From: Methanobacteriota archaeon
GTDB lineage: Archaea > Thermoplasmatota > DTKX01 > VGTL01
Direction of reading: 5' to 3'
Assembly: GCA_016874675.1 (NCBI GenBank)
Contig: VGTL01000004.1
Location: 4,949 to 68,948 of the forward strand
Length of the DNA stretch: 64,000 bases
Positions within the stretch are counted from its first letter, which is position 1, and the number at the start of each line of letters is the position of its first letter. A program made the position numbers and the translations under genes. The notes beneath the pieces were generated by a model. The model made no database searches and was not told the DNA's origin. It saw only the letters and a program-made list of their open reading frames with translations. Shown piece by piece: positions 55,505 through 64,000 of the stretch.

Positions 55505-56062
55505 ATGATAGACCTTTTCAAAAAGAAGCTGTCACCGCAGGAACTGGTAACCAAGATATCGATTTCCGAAAAGAAGCTCGAGAAGCGGGAGGCCCAGATA
55601 AAGGAGAAGCGCGACCGGGCCCGCGAGGACGCCAAGAACGCCCTCAAGAACGGCGACGAGCGGGGCTTCCGGGTGGCCTCCAAGCAGTACGGCTCCGCCG
55701 CGGGCCAGATGAACACCGTGGGCTCCATGCTCGAGATGTCGTCCACCATGCGCAACGCCCTCCAGGACCAGGAGAGCCTCACCGAGATAGTGGAGATAGG
55801 CAAGGACCTCGCCACGGCCCAGAAGGCGATGGGCTTCGACAGCCAGAAGATGGAGGCGGCAATCACCGCGATACGGACCTCGGTTGAGAAGGTTACCGCG
55901 ACCTCCGAGCTCCTCTCCACGCAGATGGAGACCCTCACCTCGCCCGAGTCGACCCGCGAGCAGGAGTCGCTCAAGTCCGAGCTCCTGGCCGAGCTCAAGA
56001 GCGAGGCCGGGACGGAGGGCGCCCTCGAGGAGAAGATCCGCAAGGAGAAGGAGAAGGCGTAG
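55505..56062 (+). CDS. ESCRT-III (Snf7/CdvB-like) protein
   Basis: 185 aa all-helical; basic N-half and acidic C-half; KNALKNGDE hairpin turn; MIM1-like end; adjacent to a MIT-AAA gene. Confidence 0.7.
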   Translation: MIDLFKKKLSPQELVTKISISEKKLEKREAQIKEKRDRAREDAKNALKNGDERGFRVASKQYGSAAGQMNTVGSMLEMSSTMRNALQDQESLTEIVEIGKDLATAQKAMGFDSQKMEAAITAIRTSVEKVTATSELLSTQMETLTSPESTREQESLKSELLAELKSEAGTEGALEEKIRKEKEKA

Positions 56063-56103
56063 GCGGCCCCCGCCCCCCGAAGTGACCGCCCGGGTGCTTG
56101 CAT

Positions 56104-57312
56104 ATGGGAGCCGCCGACAATTTCGTCGCCGAGGGGAAGGCCTACGCCACCGCCGCCCGCAGGAAGGAGGAGGCGGGCGAGAAGGAGGCCGCCCGCGACC
56201 TCTACCTCCAGGCGGCCGAATCCTACCTGAACGCGTCGAAGGCCTCCTCCGACAAGGACGAGAAGGAGTTCCGGGCCAACATGGCCCAGACGTTCTACGG
56301 GAAGGCGGTCTCCATGCGGCCGCAGGCCCGCCGCGCCCAAAGCAGCGGCGGCCCGGGCGACGGCGGGGCCGACGAGGAGAAGCTCCGGGAGGTCGTCCCG
56401 ATAGAAAAGCCCAACATCAACTTCGCCAACGTGGGAGGGCTGGACGCGGTGAAGGAGGAGATCCGCAAGGCGATAGTGTACCCCTTCCGGCACCCCGAGA
56501 TATTCGAACTCTACGGAAAGCGCGCCGGCGAGGGCATACTGCTCTACGGGCCGCCGGGCTGCGGCAAGACCTTCATCGCCCGCGCCGCCGCGGGCGAGTG
56601 CAACGCCAACTTCCTCACAATGACCATCAGCGAGATACTGAGCAAGTGGGTTGGCGACAGCGAGCGCAACGTGCGCGCCGCCTTCGAGAGCGCCCGGAAG
56701 TACGCCCCGGCGATACTGTTCTTCGACGAGATAGACGCCGTCGGCGGCCGCCGCGACGAGGCGCGGGAGGGCTACGCCAAGCGGCTCGTGAACGAGATGC
56801 TCATCAACCTCGACGGCGTGCAGGGCCCGCTCGAGAAGGTCCTGGTCCTTGCGGGTACCAACTCCCCCTGGGACGTCGACCCGGCCCTGCGCCGGCCCGG
56901 CCGCTTCAGCAAGCTCGTGTTCGTCCCGCCCCCCGACCGGGTCTCCCGGGCCCAGATACTGAGGATCCACATGAAGGAGCGCCCCATCGACCCGTCCGTG
57001 GACATCGACGAGCTTTCGGCGCGCACCGACGGCTTCTCCTCTGCGGACCTGGCCCAGATATGCATCGAGGCCGCCGACGCGCCCCTCATGGAGGCACTTT
57101 CGGGAAAACAGCCGCGCAAGATAAACCGCGACGACTTCATGTCCGTCCTCCAAAAGCGCGGCTCGTCGCTCTACCCGTGGTTCAAGCTCGCCCGCCAGGA
57201 GATCGAGCACTCCGGCGAGCAGGAGATATTCTCCGAGCTCCTCAAGTCCATCGACTACCACCTTGCGAAACTGCCCCCCTCTCCGGGGGCGACGATGAGG
57301 GAGCGGGCGTAA
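56104..57312 (+). CDS. Vps4/CdvC-like AAA+ ATPase with N-terminal MIT domain
   Basis: MIT-like three-helix segment (ARDLYLQAAESYL..A); GPPGCGKT, SKWVGDSE, FFDEID, DPALRRPGRF. Confidence 0.85.
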   Translation: MGAADNFVAEGKAYATAARRKEEAGEKEAARDLYLQAAESYLNASKASSDKDEKEFRANMAQTFYGKAVSMRPQARRAQSSGGPGDGGADEEKLREVVPIEKPNINFANVGGLDAVKEEIRKAIVYPFRHPEIFELYGKRAGEGILLYGPPGCGKTFIARAAAGECNANFLTMTISEILSKWVGDSERNVRAAFESARKYAPAILFFDEIDAVGGRRDEAREGYAKRLVNEMLINLDGVQGPLEKVLVLAGTNSPWDVDPALRRPGRFSKLVFVPPPDRVSRAQILRIHMKERPIDPSVDIDELSARTDGFSSADLAQICIEAADAPLMEALSGKQPRKINRDDFMSVLQKRGSSLYPWFKLARQEIEHSGEQEIFSELLKSIDYHLAKLPPSPGATMRERA

Positions 57313-57317
57313 CCGGA

Positions 57318-57580
57318 CAAGGCAGCAAGGCAGGAAGGCAGGAAGGCAGCAAGGGAAGGCAGGAAGGCAGGAAGGCAGCAAGGGAAGGCAGGAAGGCAGC
57401 AAGGCAGGAAGGCAGGAAGGGGGCAAGGTGGGCCGGAACGCTGCGTTCGAGCCTCCCGCTCCCTTCCTGCCTTCCTGCCTTGCTGCCTTCCCTTCCTGCC
57501 TTGCTGCCTTGCTGCCTTCCCGCCTTGCTGCCTTCCCGCCTTGCTGCCTTCCCTTCCTGCCTTTCTCCCTTCCTGCCCCT
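57318..57580. repeat. Family D palindromic element
   Basis: Long GGCAG(G/C)AA arm and a mirror arm; between convergent genes. Confidence 0.9.
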
Positions 57581-57598
57581 TCACAGACCGCAAAGCGC

Positions 57599-58360
57599 TC
57601 AACGATACATCCCGGCGGGCGCCTGGTCGATGTCCAGGGGGTTCTGGTGGCCGGCGAGGGCCGGCTGGATCTTGGCCAGGGCGGCGCGTATCTCAATCTC
57701 CATCTTCTCGGCCTCGGCGTAGAGGGGCCGGGTGTCGAGCTGGATCTGGGGCAGGACGGCGTCGATGGTCTCGACGATCCTGGCCGCGGCGCGGGCGTCG
57801 GGATAGGTCTCGTGGGCGTCGGCGATGACGCACAGGACGTCCCGGTCCAGGCGCAGCCCCTCGTTGAGCAGCACCCCCGAGATGCCGGTGATGATGCCCT
57901 CGTTGAGGGGCGGGATCTTTTTCTCGCCCAGGAGGCCGCGGCCCTTCTGGGTGCTCGCCACCCCGTACACCTTGATCTCCTCCGGGTGCTGCCCGGTCTC
58001 CTGCACCGGGAGCCCCTCGGCCGAGATTATGAGCTCGCAGCCGTTCTCAGCCGTCCACGACAGGATGTTGTCCACGATGGGCTTGACGAGCCCGGCCGGC
58101 GGCCGGAACTCGGAGATGAAGACCACGACGCGCCGGTCCCCGTGGATGCGCACCGGGTGGTTGGGCATGCCGTCGCGTATTATCGACGTGACCGGCAGCT
58201 GGCCCGATATCATGCACCCTATCTTGGGGAGCTTGAGCTGCTCGATAATGTAGTTGGCGGCGAGCGTGCTCACCAGCCCCACGCTGGGGAACCCCTCGAT
58301 GACCGCCGCTCCCTTCAGGTCGACCTTCTGCTTCATGAACACCTCGATGCCATCGTCCAT
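57599..58360 (-). CDS. PAC2-family proteasome assembly chaperone
   Basis: EGFPSVGLVSTLAANYI, GISGVLL, YPDARAAA, DTRPL..EAE..E. Confidence 0.88.
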   Translation of the reverse strand: MDDGIEVFMKQKVDLKGAAVIEGFPSVGLVSTLAANYIIEQLKLPKIGCMISGQLPVTSIIRDGMPNHPVRIHGDRRVVVFISEFRPPAGLVKPIVDNILSWTAENGCELIISAEGLPVQETGQHPEEIKVYGVASTQKGRGLLGEKKIPPLNEGIITGISGVLLNEGLRLDRDVLCVIADAHETYPDARAAARIVETIDAVLPQIQLDTRPLYAEAEKMEIEIRAALAKIQPALAGHQNPLDIDQAPAGMYR

Positions 58361-58380
58361 TGTACAGCCCCCTTGATCAC

Positions 58381-58690
58381 GGCGCAAGGCGCAAGGCGCA
58401 AGGCGCAAGGCGCGAGGCGCAAGGGGCGAAGGATTAAGGGTCAAGGGTCAAGGGTCAAGGGTCAAGGGTCGAGGGTCGAGGGAGGACGGATGCCCGTCCG
58501 TCCCTTGACCCGTGCCCCTCGCCCCTTCGTCCCTTGCGCCTTGCGCCTTGCGCCCTGCCCCTTGCGCCTCCGTAGACGACCTTCGGTCGTCTCGGCCTAA
58601 AAGACCGGCCCGTGGCCGGTCTTTCACGGTCGTCCCCTGCGCCTTGCGCCTTGCGCCCTGCCCCTTGCGCCTTGCGCCCTGCGCCTTCGT
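58381..58690. repeat. Composite family A and (GGGTCAA)n element with a structured core (58566-58630)
   Basis: GGCGCAA and GGGTCAA runs, inverted arms and the second copy of the 18103 core. Confidence 0.85.
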
Positions 58691-58808
58691 CCCCATACCG
58701 GGTCCATTCATAATGTACTTTCGCCCGGAGGGCAACGCGGGAAGATGGTCGGATGCGGGCAAACAATTAATACGGCGAACGCTTTCTTTGCCCTACGGAG
58801 GCTCGGAG

Positions 58809-59588
58809 CTGGCCGACATTTCCCAGGCTCTCGGAGAGGCGGCGTACCAGGCCTACGAGAGGGCCCTGCTCGCCAGGGTGCTCGCCGAGCCCGTTCCCCG
58901 CCACCTGGCCATAATAATGGACGGCAACCGCCGCTTCGCCGCCGAGATGGGCATGAACTCGCTCTCAGGGCACGAGATCGGCCGCGACAAGCTCGAGGAG
59001 ATCCTGAACTGGTGCCTCGAGACCGGCATAAAGGTCCTGACGGTGTATGCCTTCTCGACCGAGAACCTCAAGCGCAGCCCCGAAGAGGTGGCGGCCCTCA
59101 TGCGCCTGTTCGCCGAGAACTTCCGCCGGGCCGGCGACGACGAGCGCACCCACCGGCACAGGATACGCGTGAGGGCGATAGGCCAGATGTCCCTGCTCCC
59201 GCCCGACGTTCAGGATTCCATCCGCTACGCCGAGGAGAAGACGGAGGGCTACGACAGCTACTTCTTCAACGTCGCCGTGGCCTACGGCGGGCGCGAGGAG
59301 ATCCTCATGGCCATCCGCGAGATCGCGCGCGAGGCCCGGGACGGGAAGGTCCGGCCCGAGGACATCGACGAGGGGCTGGTCTCGGCGCACCTCTACACCT
59401 CGGACCTTCCGGACCCGGACCTCATATTGCGCACCTCGGGCGAGGAGCGCATCTCCAACTTCCTGCTCTGGCAGCTCGCCTACTCCGAGCTGTACTTTGC
59501 CGACGTCTTCTGGCCCGGCCTGCGCAAGGTGGATTTCCTGAGGGCGATAAGGTCGTACCAGAAGCGGAAGAGGCGGTTCGGAAAGTGA
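58809..59588 (+). CDS. uppS: Polyprenyl diphosphate (cis-prenyltransferase) synthase
   Basis: HLAIIMDGNRRFA, YAFSTEN..R, YGGREE, PDLILRTSGEERISNFLLWQ; start uncertain (CTG 58809, TTG 58788 or ATG 58713). Confidence 0.92.
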   Translation: MADISQALGEAAYQAYERALLARVLAEPVPRHLAIIMDGNRRFAAEMGMNSLSGHEIGRDKLEEILNWCLETGIKVLTVYAFSTENLKRSPEEVAALMRLFAENFRRAGDDERTHRHRIRVRAIGQMSLLPPDVQDSIRYAEEKTEGYDSYFFNVAVAYGGREEILMAIREIAREARDGKVRPEDIDEGLVSAHLYTSDLPDPDLILRTSGEERISNFLLWQLAYSELYFADVFWPGLRKVDFLRAIRSYQKRKRRFGK

Positions 59589-59589
59589 G

Positions 59590-60985
59590 CTACTTCAGGA
59601 CGCCCTCCTTGCCGCAGGCGTCGCACTTCACGTTCAGGGGCCGCTCGCGCGTGTAGACCGGCATGATGCTCTTGCAGCCGGGGCATCTGACCTTGTAGAG
59701 GACCTTTTGCTCGGCCGGCGCGCTCCCGGCCGGCGCATTCCCTCCCGGAGGCCCCCCGGGCGGCGGGGGCGATGCCGGCAGGGGGCTTGCGAAGGGTGGG
59801 GACGGGGAGCTCTCGGGCAGGCTCTCGTCGGGCTGGATGAGGAATGGCGGCGAGGGAAGCTTGGCGGGGGGCGGGGGGGGCCCCGGGCGGTGGAGGCGGG
59901 AGCCTCGGTTCCTCCCTGGTGGGCTCGGCCGCGGCCGGCTGTTCCGCCGGCGGGGCGGCGGCCTCCGGCCCGGAGGCGAGCTTCCGCTCGGCTTGCTCCA
60001 GCCGCTCCCGGAGCGACCGCTCGCTCTCTGCGAGGCGTTCCCGCTCGGATCGGGATTCGGCCTCCCTTCGGCGCGAGGACTCGAGCTCCTCCTCCCGGCC
60101 GGAGAGCCTTCTTCCGGCCTCCTCCTCGGCCGCAAGCAGCGCCCTCTCCCTTTCCTCCAGTCGCCTCTCGAGCCCGGAGAGCTCCCGCTCGCGCGCCGAC
60201 AGCTCCTCGCCGCGCCGGGCGAGCGCTCCCTCCAGCTCGGCGGCCTTCAGGAGCCGGATTTCCAGCTCGCGGGCGGCTTCCGGGGGTAGTGGGGCGGACG
60301 GGGGCGCCTGCGGTGCGGGAGGCTCCGGTGAAGGGGGTGCGGACGGGGGCGCCTGCGGTGCGGGAGGCTCCGGCGAAGGGGGTGCGGACGGGGGCGCCTG
60401 CGGTGCGGGAGGCTCCGGCTGCGAGGGAGCCGGCGCGAGCGCCTCCGGCGGGGTCGAGTCAGAGAGCATGTCGTAGGACACTATCGCCTCCCGGAATATC
60501 TCTATGGCCTGGAGCCTCTGCAGGCGCAGGTCGGCCGGCGTCAGGGCCGGGGGGTGGGGCAGGGGCGCCACCTCCCTTTTCAGGTCCTCCCAGAACTCCA
60601 TCCCGCCCGGGAGCTCCCGGAGCTTCTCACCGTAGAGCGTCTCGGCGGCGAAGACGAGGTTGCGCAGCACGCCGGCGTCCCCGTAGCGCCTCAGCTCTGA
60701 CACCATCTCGACGAGCACCTGGGGCCGGTGGCGGAACACCTCGTCGAAGCCGGTCCGGACGTCCTCCTCCTTTCGCAAAAGCTCGGATTCTATCTCGCGC
60801 CGGGCCCTCTCCTGAAGCGACATCGGGCCGGTGCTCAGGCAGGAGGCGTCCGCCTCGAGCCGCGACCTCATCCGCCGAAGGTCCTCCATCACCGGGGCGA
60901 GCGGGGCCTTGCCGGCCCTCCCGGCAGCGGCCCCCCTTGCACGGCCGGGTGACTTCTCGCGCGGCTTTCGCCTGCCCATCCCCAA
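59590..60985 (-). CDS. Coiled-coil/Pro-rich protein with a C-terminal zinc ribbon
   Basis: CPGC...CDAC at the C-terminus; E/R-rich coiled coil. Confidence 0.7.
60294..60418. repeat. Coding 45-bp tandem repeat (~2.8 copies; SPEPPAPQAPPSAPP)
   Basis: Near-identical units at 60294, 60339 and 60384. Confidence 0.85.
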
Positions 60986-61010
60986 GCATCCCCCGGTGCG
61001 GCCGCCGCCC

Positions 61011-61727
61011 TCACTTCGTGACGATGCGGAAGCCGGTCTTGTCGGCGATGAGCGGGAAGTAGCCCTGGACGTGGTTGGTCTCCCGCATCTTGGCCACGCC
61101 TATCCACCGGCCGACGTTCTTCCCCTCACGCGTGAGATCGATGTGGATGATGCCGTCCGACAGGAAGGACTCGATGCCGTAGTGGCCGAACCTGTTGTCG
61201 ATGTCGTGGATTTCGGAAATGAGGAAGGTGGTGATGCCCAGGTCCCTCAGGCCCTCGACGAAATGGTAGAGCTTCACCCGGGGGTTCTCCATCTGCGAGA
61301 GGGTGTAGAGGGCGTCCAGCGAGTCTATCACGACCAGCTCGCAGCCGAAGTTCTGGCGGTAGGCAGTGATGCCGCGCAGGATGGCCGGCATCCAGTCCTG
61401 CTGGGTCGGGGTGATGGCCATGTCCTTGGTGTTGCGAAGCTTGCTCAGGTCCATTATCACTATCTGGTCCACGCCGGTCATGTCCATGCCGAACTTGGAC
61501 ATCTGCCGGATCATGCTGTCCGCGCGCTGCTCCAGCGAGATGTATATTGAGCGCTTGCTGGCGGTCTTGGCGGCGTTGTAGAGTATGTTGAAGGCGAGGG
61601 TGGACTTCATGCTGCCGGCGCGGCCGGCGAGAAGGACAATGTGCCCGCAGGGTATCCCGCCCTCCATCCTCTCGTCCAGGCCCCTCACGAATGTCTTCAC
61701 CCTTTCCACCTCGCCGCCAGCGGTCAT
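61011..61727 (-). CDS. KaiC/RAD55-like ATPase
   Basis: GLDERMEGGIP, Walker A GRAGSMKS, VIDSL, LISE, ESFLSDGII, KMRETNH. Confidence 0.85.
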   Translation of the reverse strand: MTAGGEVERVKTFVRGLDERMEGGIPCGHIVLLAGRAGSMKSTLAFNILYNAAKTASKRSIYISLEQRADSMIRQMSKFGMDMTGVDQIVIMDLSKLRNTKDMAITPTQQDWMPAILRGITAYRQNFGCELVVIDSLDALYTLSQMENPRVKLYHFVEGLRDLGITTFLISEIHDIDNRFGHYGIESFLSDGIIHIDLTREGKNVGRWIGVAKMRETNHVQGYFPLIADKTGFRIVTK

Positions 61728-61874
61728 GACGGATTCCTCTCGGATTGTATATTTCGGAACCGGATATTTAATGGTTGTCTCTCGGAACCGGGGTGCCGCA
61801 CCGAGTCGCCGGCCGCTCGCGCCTACGACAGATTTAATTACGATGATGATTTTCAGTCAAGCGGGGGTAGGGGT

Positions 61875-62426
61875 CTGCTGGAAATCCGTTTCCACGGTAG
61901 AGGTGGCCAGGGAGCGGTAATAGCGTCCACGATGATGGCCGGCGCCCTCTTCGGCGAGGGCAAGGACGTCCAGGCCTTCCCCTATTTCGGCGTGGAGCGC
62001 CGGGGCGCCCCCGTCACCGCCTTCCTCCGGATGGACGACCGGCCCCTGAGGATCCGGTCGGAGATCTCCGAGCCCGACGTGGTCGTCGTGCTGGACACGT
62101 TCCTGATGAAGTACGTCGATGTGACGGCCGGCCTCAAGCCGGACGGCGTGCTCATAGTCAACTCCACCAAGGGCCCGGCCGCGTACAAGCGGAGCCCCTC
62201 GCTGAAGGTCGCCACGGTGGACGCCACGGGAATAGCCATCCGTCACGGCGTCGGCAGCCGCACCACGCCCATCGTCAACACGGCGATACTGGGGGCGATG
62301 GTCAGGGTGCTGGGCATAGTGAAGCTCGAGTCGGTGCTCAAATCGATTCGGGAGACCGCCCCGGTGAAGCGGGAGGAGAACGCCGCCTCGGCCATCGAGG
62401 CCTACGAGAGGGTGGTGATCGGGTGA
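61875..62426 (+). CDS. porG: 2-oxoacid:ferredoxin oxidoreductase gamma subunit (CTG start)
   Basis: LEIRFHGRGGQG, QAFPYFGVERRGAPV, PIVNTAILGA; substrate specificity not established. Confidence 0.9.
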   Translation: MLEIRFHGRGGQGAVIASTMMAGALFGEGKDVQAFPYFGVERRGAPVTAFLRMDDRPLRIRSEISEPDVVVVLDTFLMKYVDVTAGLKPDGVLIVNSTKGPAAYKRSPSLKVATVDATGIAIRHGVGSRTTPIVNTAILGAMVRVLGIVKLESVLKSIRETAPVKREENAASAIEAYERVVIG

Positions 62427-62707
62427 GCCGGCAACCGAGGAGCTACAAGGACCTCCCCCTGGCCCCCATAACCTACGAGGACACCCGGGAAGCGTTCAAG
62501 ACCGGCTCCTGGAGGACGTTCAAGCCGGTAGTCGACAATTCCAGGTGCAAGAAGTGCTGGATATGCTGGAAGTTCTGCCCCGACATGAGCATCCGGATAC
62601 TGGAGGACGGCACCGGCGTCGAGATCGACTACGACCACTGCAAGGGCTGCGGCATCTGTGCCACCGAGTGCCCGGCCAGGTGCATCGAGATGGTACCGGA
62701 GGACTGA
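62423..62707 (+). CDS. porD: 2-oxoacid:ferredoxin oxidoreductase delta subunit
   Basis: TGSWR..KPV, CKKCWICWKFCP, DYDHCKGCGICATECP. Confidence 0.92.
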   Translation: MSRQPRSYKDLPLAPITYEDTREAFKTGSWRTFKPVVDNSRCKKCWICWKFCPDMSIRILEDGTGVEIDYDHCKGCGICATECPARCIEMVPED

Positions 62708-62711
62708 GCGG

Positions 62712-63899
62712 ATGGCCAAAAAGCTCATAAACGGCAACTACGCCGCGGCCTTTGGCGCCAAGCTCGCCCGGGCCGAGGTCATCGCCGCCTACCCGATAAC
62801 GCCCCAGACGGCCGTGGTGGAGCAGGTCGCCGACTTCGTCGCCTCCGGCGAGATGAAGGCCCGCTACGTCTGCGTGGAGTCGGAGCACAGCGCCATGGCG
62901 GCCTGCATCGCCGCCGCCTCCGCCGGGGCGCGCACCTTCACCGCCACTTCCTCGCAGGGCCTCCTGCTCATGCACGAGCTCCTGCACTGGGCCACCGGCG
63001 CCCGGACGCCTGTCGTGATGGTCAACGTCAACCGCGCAGTGGCGCCCCCCTGGAGCGTGTGGGCCGACCAAACCGACTCCATCTCCCAGCGCGACACCGG
63101 CTGGATGCAGTTCTACTCCGAGAGCACCCAGGAGGAGCTCGACACGGTCATCATGTCCTACAAGGTCGGCGAATCGCCCGACATCATGCTGCCCTCGTTC
63201 ACCACGGAGGACGCCTTCTTCCTCTCCCACACGTTCGAGCCGGTGGAGATCCCGTCCCAGGAGCTCGTGGACGGCTTCCTGCCGCCCTTCCGGCCCGAGA
63301 TACGGCTCGACGTCGAAAACCCCCGGGGCTTCGGCTCGCTCTCCATGCCCCACCAGTGGTACATGGAGCTGCGCTACCTCATCGCCGAGGCGATGGACCG
63401 GGCCCGGGAGAGGATACTCCGGGTCGAGCAGGAGTGGAAGGAGCTCACCGGCCGCAGCTACGGGGGACCTTTGGACGAGTACAGGACCGAGGACGCCGAC
63501 GTCGTGCTCATGAACGCCGGGACGGCGGCCAGCACGATACGCGAGGTCGTCGACAACCTCCGCAGGGAGGGCAAGAGGGTCGGGCTGGCGCGCATCAGGT
63601 GCTTCCGGCCTTTTCCCACCGAAGAGATAAGGGCGCTGGGCCGGCGCGTCCACACCATCGGCGTGATGGACCGCTGCTACACGTTCGGCGACGGCGGGCC
63701 CTTCTTCACGGAGGTCAAGAGCGCGCTGTACAACCTCAAGGACCGGCCGGCGGTGAAGAACTTCGTGGTCGGGATAGGCGGCCGCGACATAACGATGAAG
63801 ACCGTGGGGAAGCTCTACGACAACCTCTTCAGGATAAAGGCGGGCGGCCTCGATTCCGAAAAGGAGTGGATAGACCTCAAGCGCCCGGAGGTGGGCTGA
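62712..63899 (+). CDS. porA: 2-oxoacid:ferredoxin oxidoreductase alpha subunit
   Basis: AAYPITPQT, ESEHSAM, TATSSQGL, FRPFP. Confidence 0.93.
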   Translation: MAKKLINGNYAAAFGAKLARAEVIAAYPITPQTAVVEQVADFVASGEMKARYVCVESEHSAMAACIAAASAGARTFTATSSQGLLLMHELLHWATGARTPVVMVNVNRAVAPPWSVWADQTDSISQRDTGWMQFYSESTQEELDTVIMSYKVGESPDIMLPSFTTEDAFFLSHTFEPVEIPSQELVDGFLPPFRPEIRLDVENPRGFGSLSMPHQWYMELRYLIAEAMDRARERILRVEQEWKELTGRSYGGPLDEYRTEDADVVLMNAGTAASTIREVVDNLRREGKRVGLARIRCFRPFPTEEIRALGRRVHTIGVMDRCYTFGDGGPFFTEVKSALYNLKDRPAVKNFVVGIGGRDITMKTVGKLYDNLFRIKAGGLDSEKEWIDLKRPEVG

Positions 63900-64000
63900 G
63901 TGGTCAAAACGCCCGTCCCGGCCGAGGAGAACGTGGCGCCGGGCCACATGGGCTGCCCCGGCTGCGGGGCCTGCCTGGCGCTCCGGCTGGCGCTCAAGGC
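63900..64000 (+). CDS. porB: 2-oxoacid:ferredoxin oxidoreductase beta subunit, 5' fragment
   Basis: APGHMGCPGCGACLALRL; runs off the window. Confidence 0.85.
   Translation, partial: MVKTPVPAEENVAPGHMGCPGCGACLALRLALK

Noticed and set aside
55505-56062. PspA/Vipp1 identity for the 185-aa helical protein
   Set aside because: It lacks the longer PspA N-terminal arm (EDPE..LEQ motif), is shorter, and sits next to a MIT-AAA gene; not fully excluded without a profile search.
61843-61849. ATGATGA as the C box of a second C/D sRNA
   Set aside because: No CTGA D box or terminal stem at suitable distance; it lies in the porG leader.
1-64000. Transposase, integrase, reverse transcriptase or intein driving the repeats
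   Set aside because: No DDE, Y1/HUH, tyrosine-recombinase, RT or intein motifs were recognised in any ORF; any mobiliser would have to be encoded elsewhere.

Overview
GC-rich archaeal chromosomal segment; the gene repertoire (RadA, Dph2, PAC2 chaperone, DUF835 and KaiC-like proteins, archaeal initiator tRNA, C/D sRNA) points by inference to an uncultured Thermoplasmata-type euryarchaeon. About 50 real CDSs are present; most other ORFs in the track are GC-rich shadow frames. Housekeeping content includes an Aeropyrum-type mevalonate operon (mvk, UbiD, AcnX-L, HAD, AcnX-S), queC/queE, thiL, nadX/birA, radA, hflX, uppS and a por operon, alongside several large surface proteins and a pilin-like gene trio. 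Highlights: (1) a three-gene cassette encoding a helical-repeat/winged-helix protein, an ESCRT-III (Snf7-like) protein and a MIT-AAA Vps4/CdvC-like ATPase; (2) a dense system of about 20 palindromic 7-8-mer tandem-repeat elements with conserved cores, some inserted in frame into enzymes; (3) a covarying structured element present twice; (4) a double-guide C/D box sRNA and tRNA-iMet; (5) apparent CTG start codons. No transposase, integrase or CRISPR array was found. All family assignments come from recognising motifs by eye, not from database searches.
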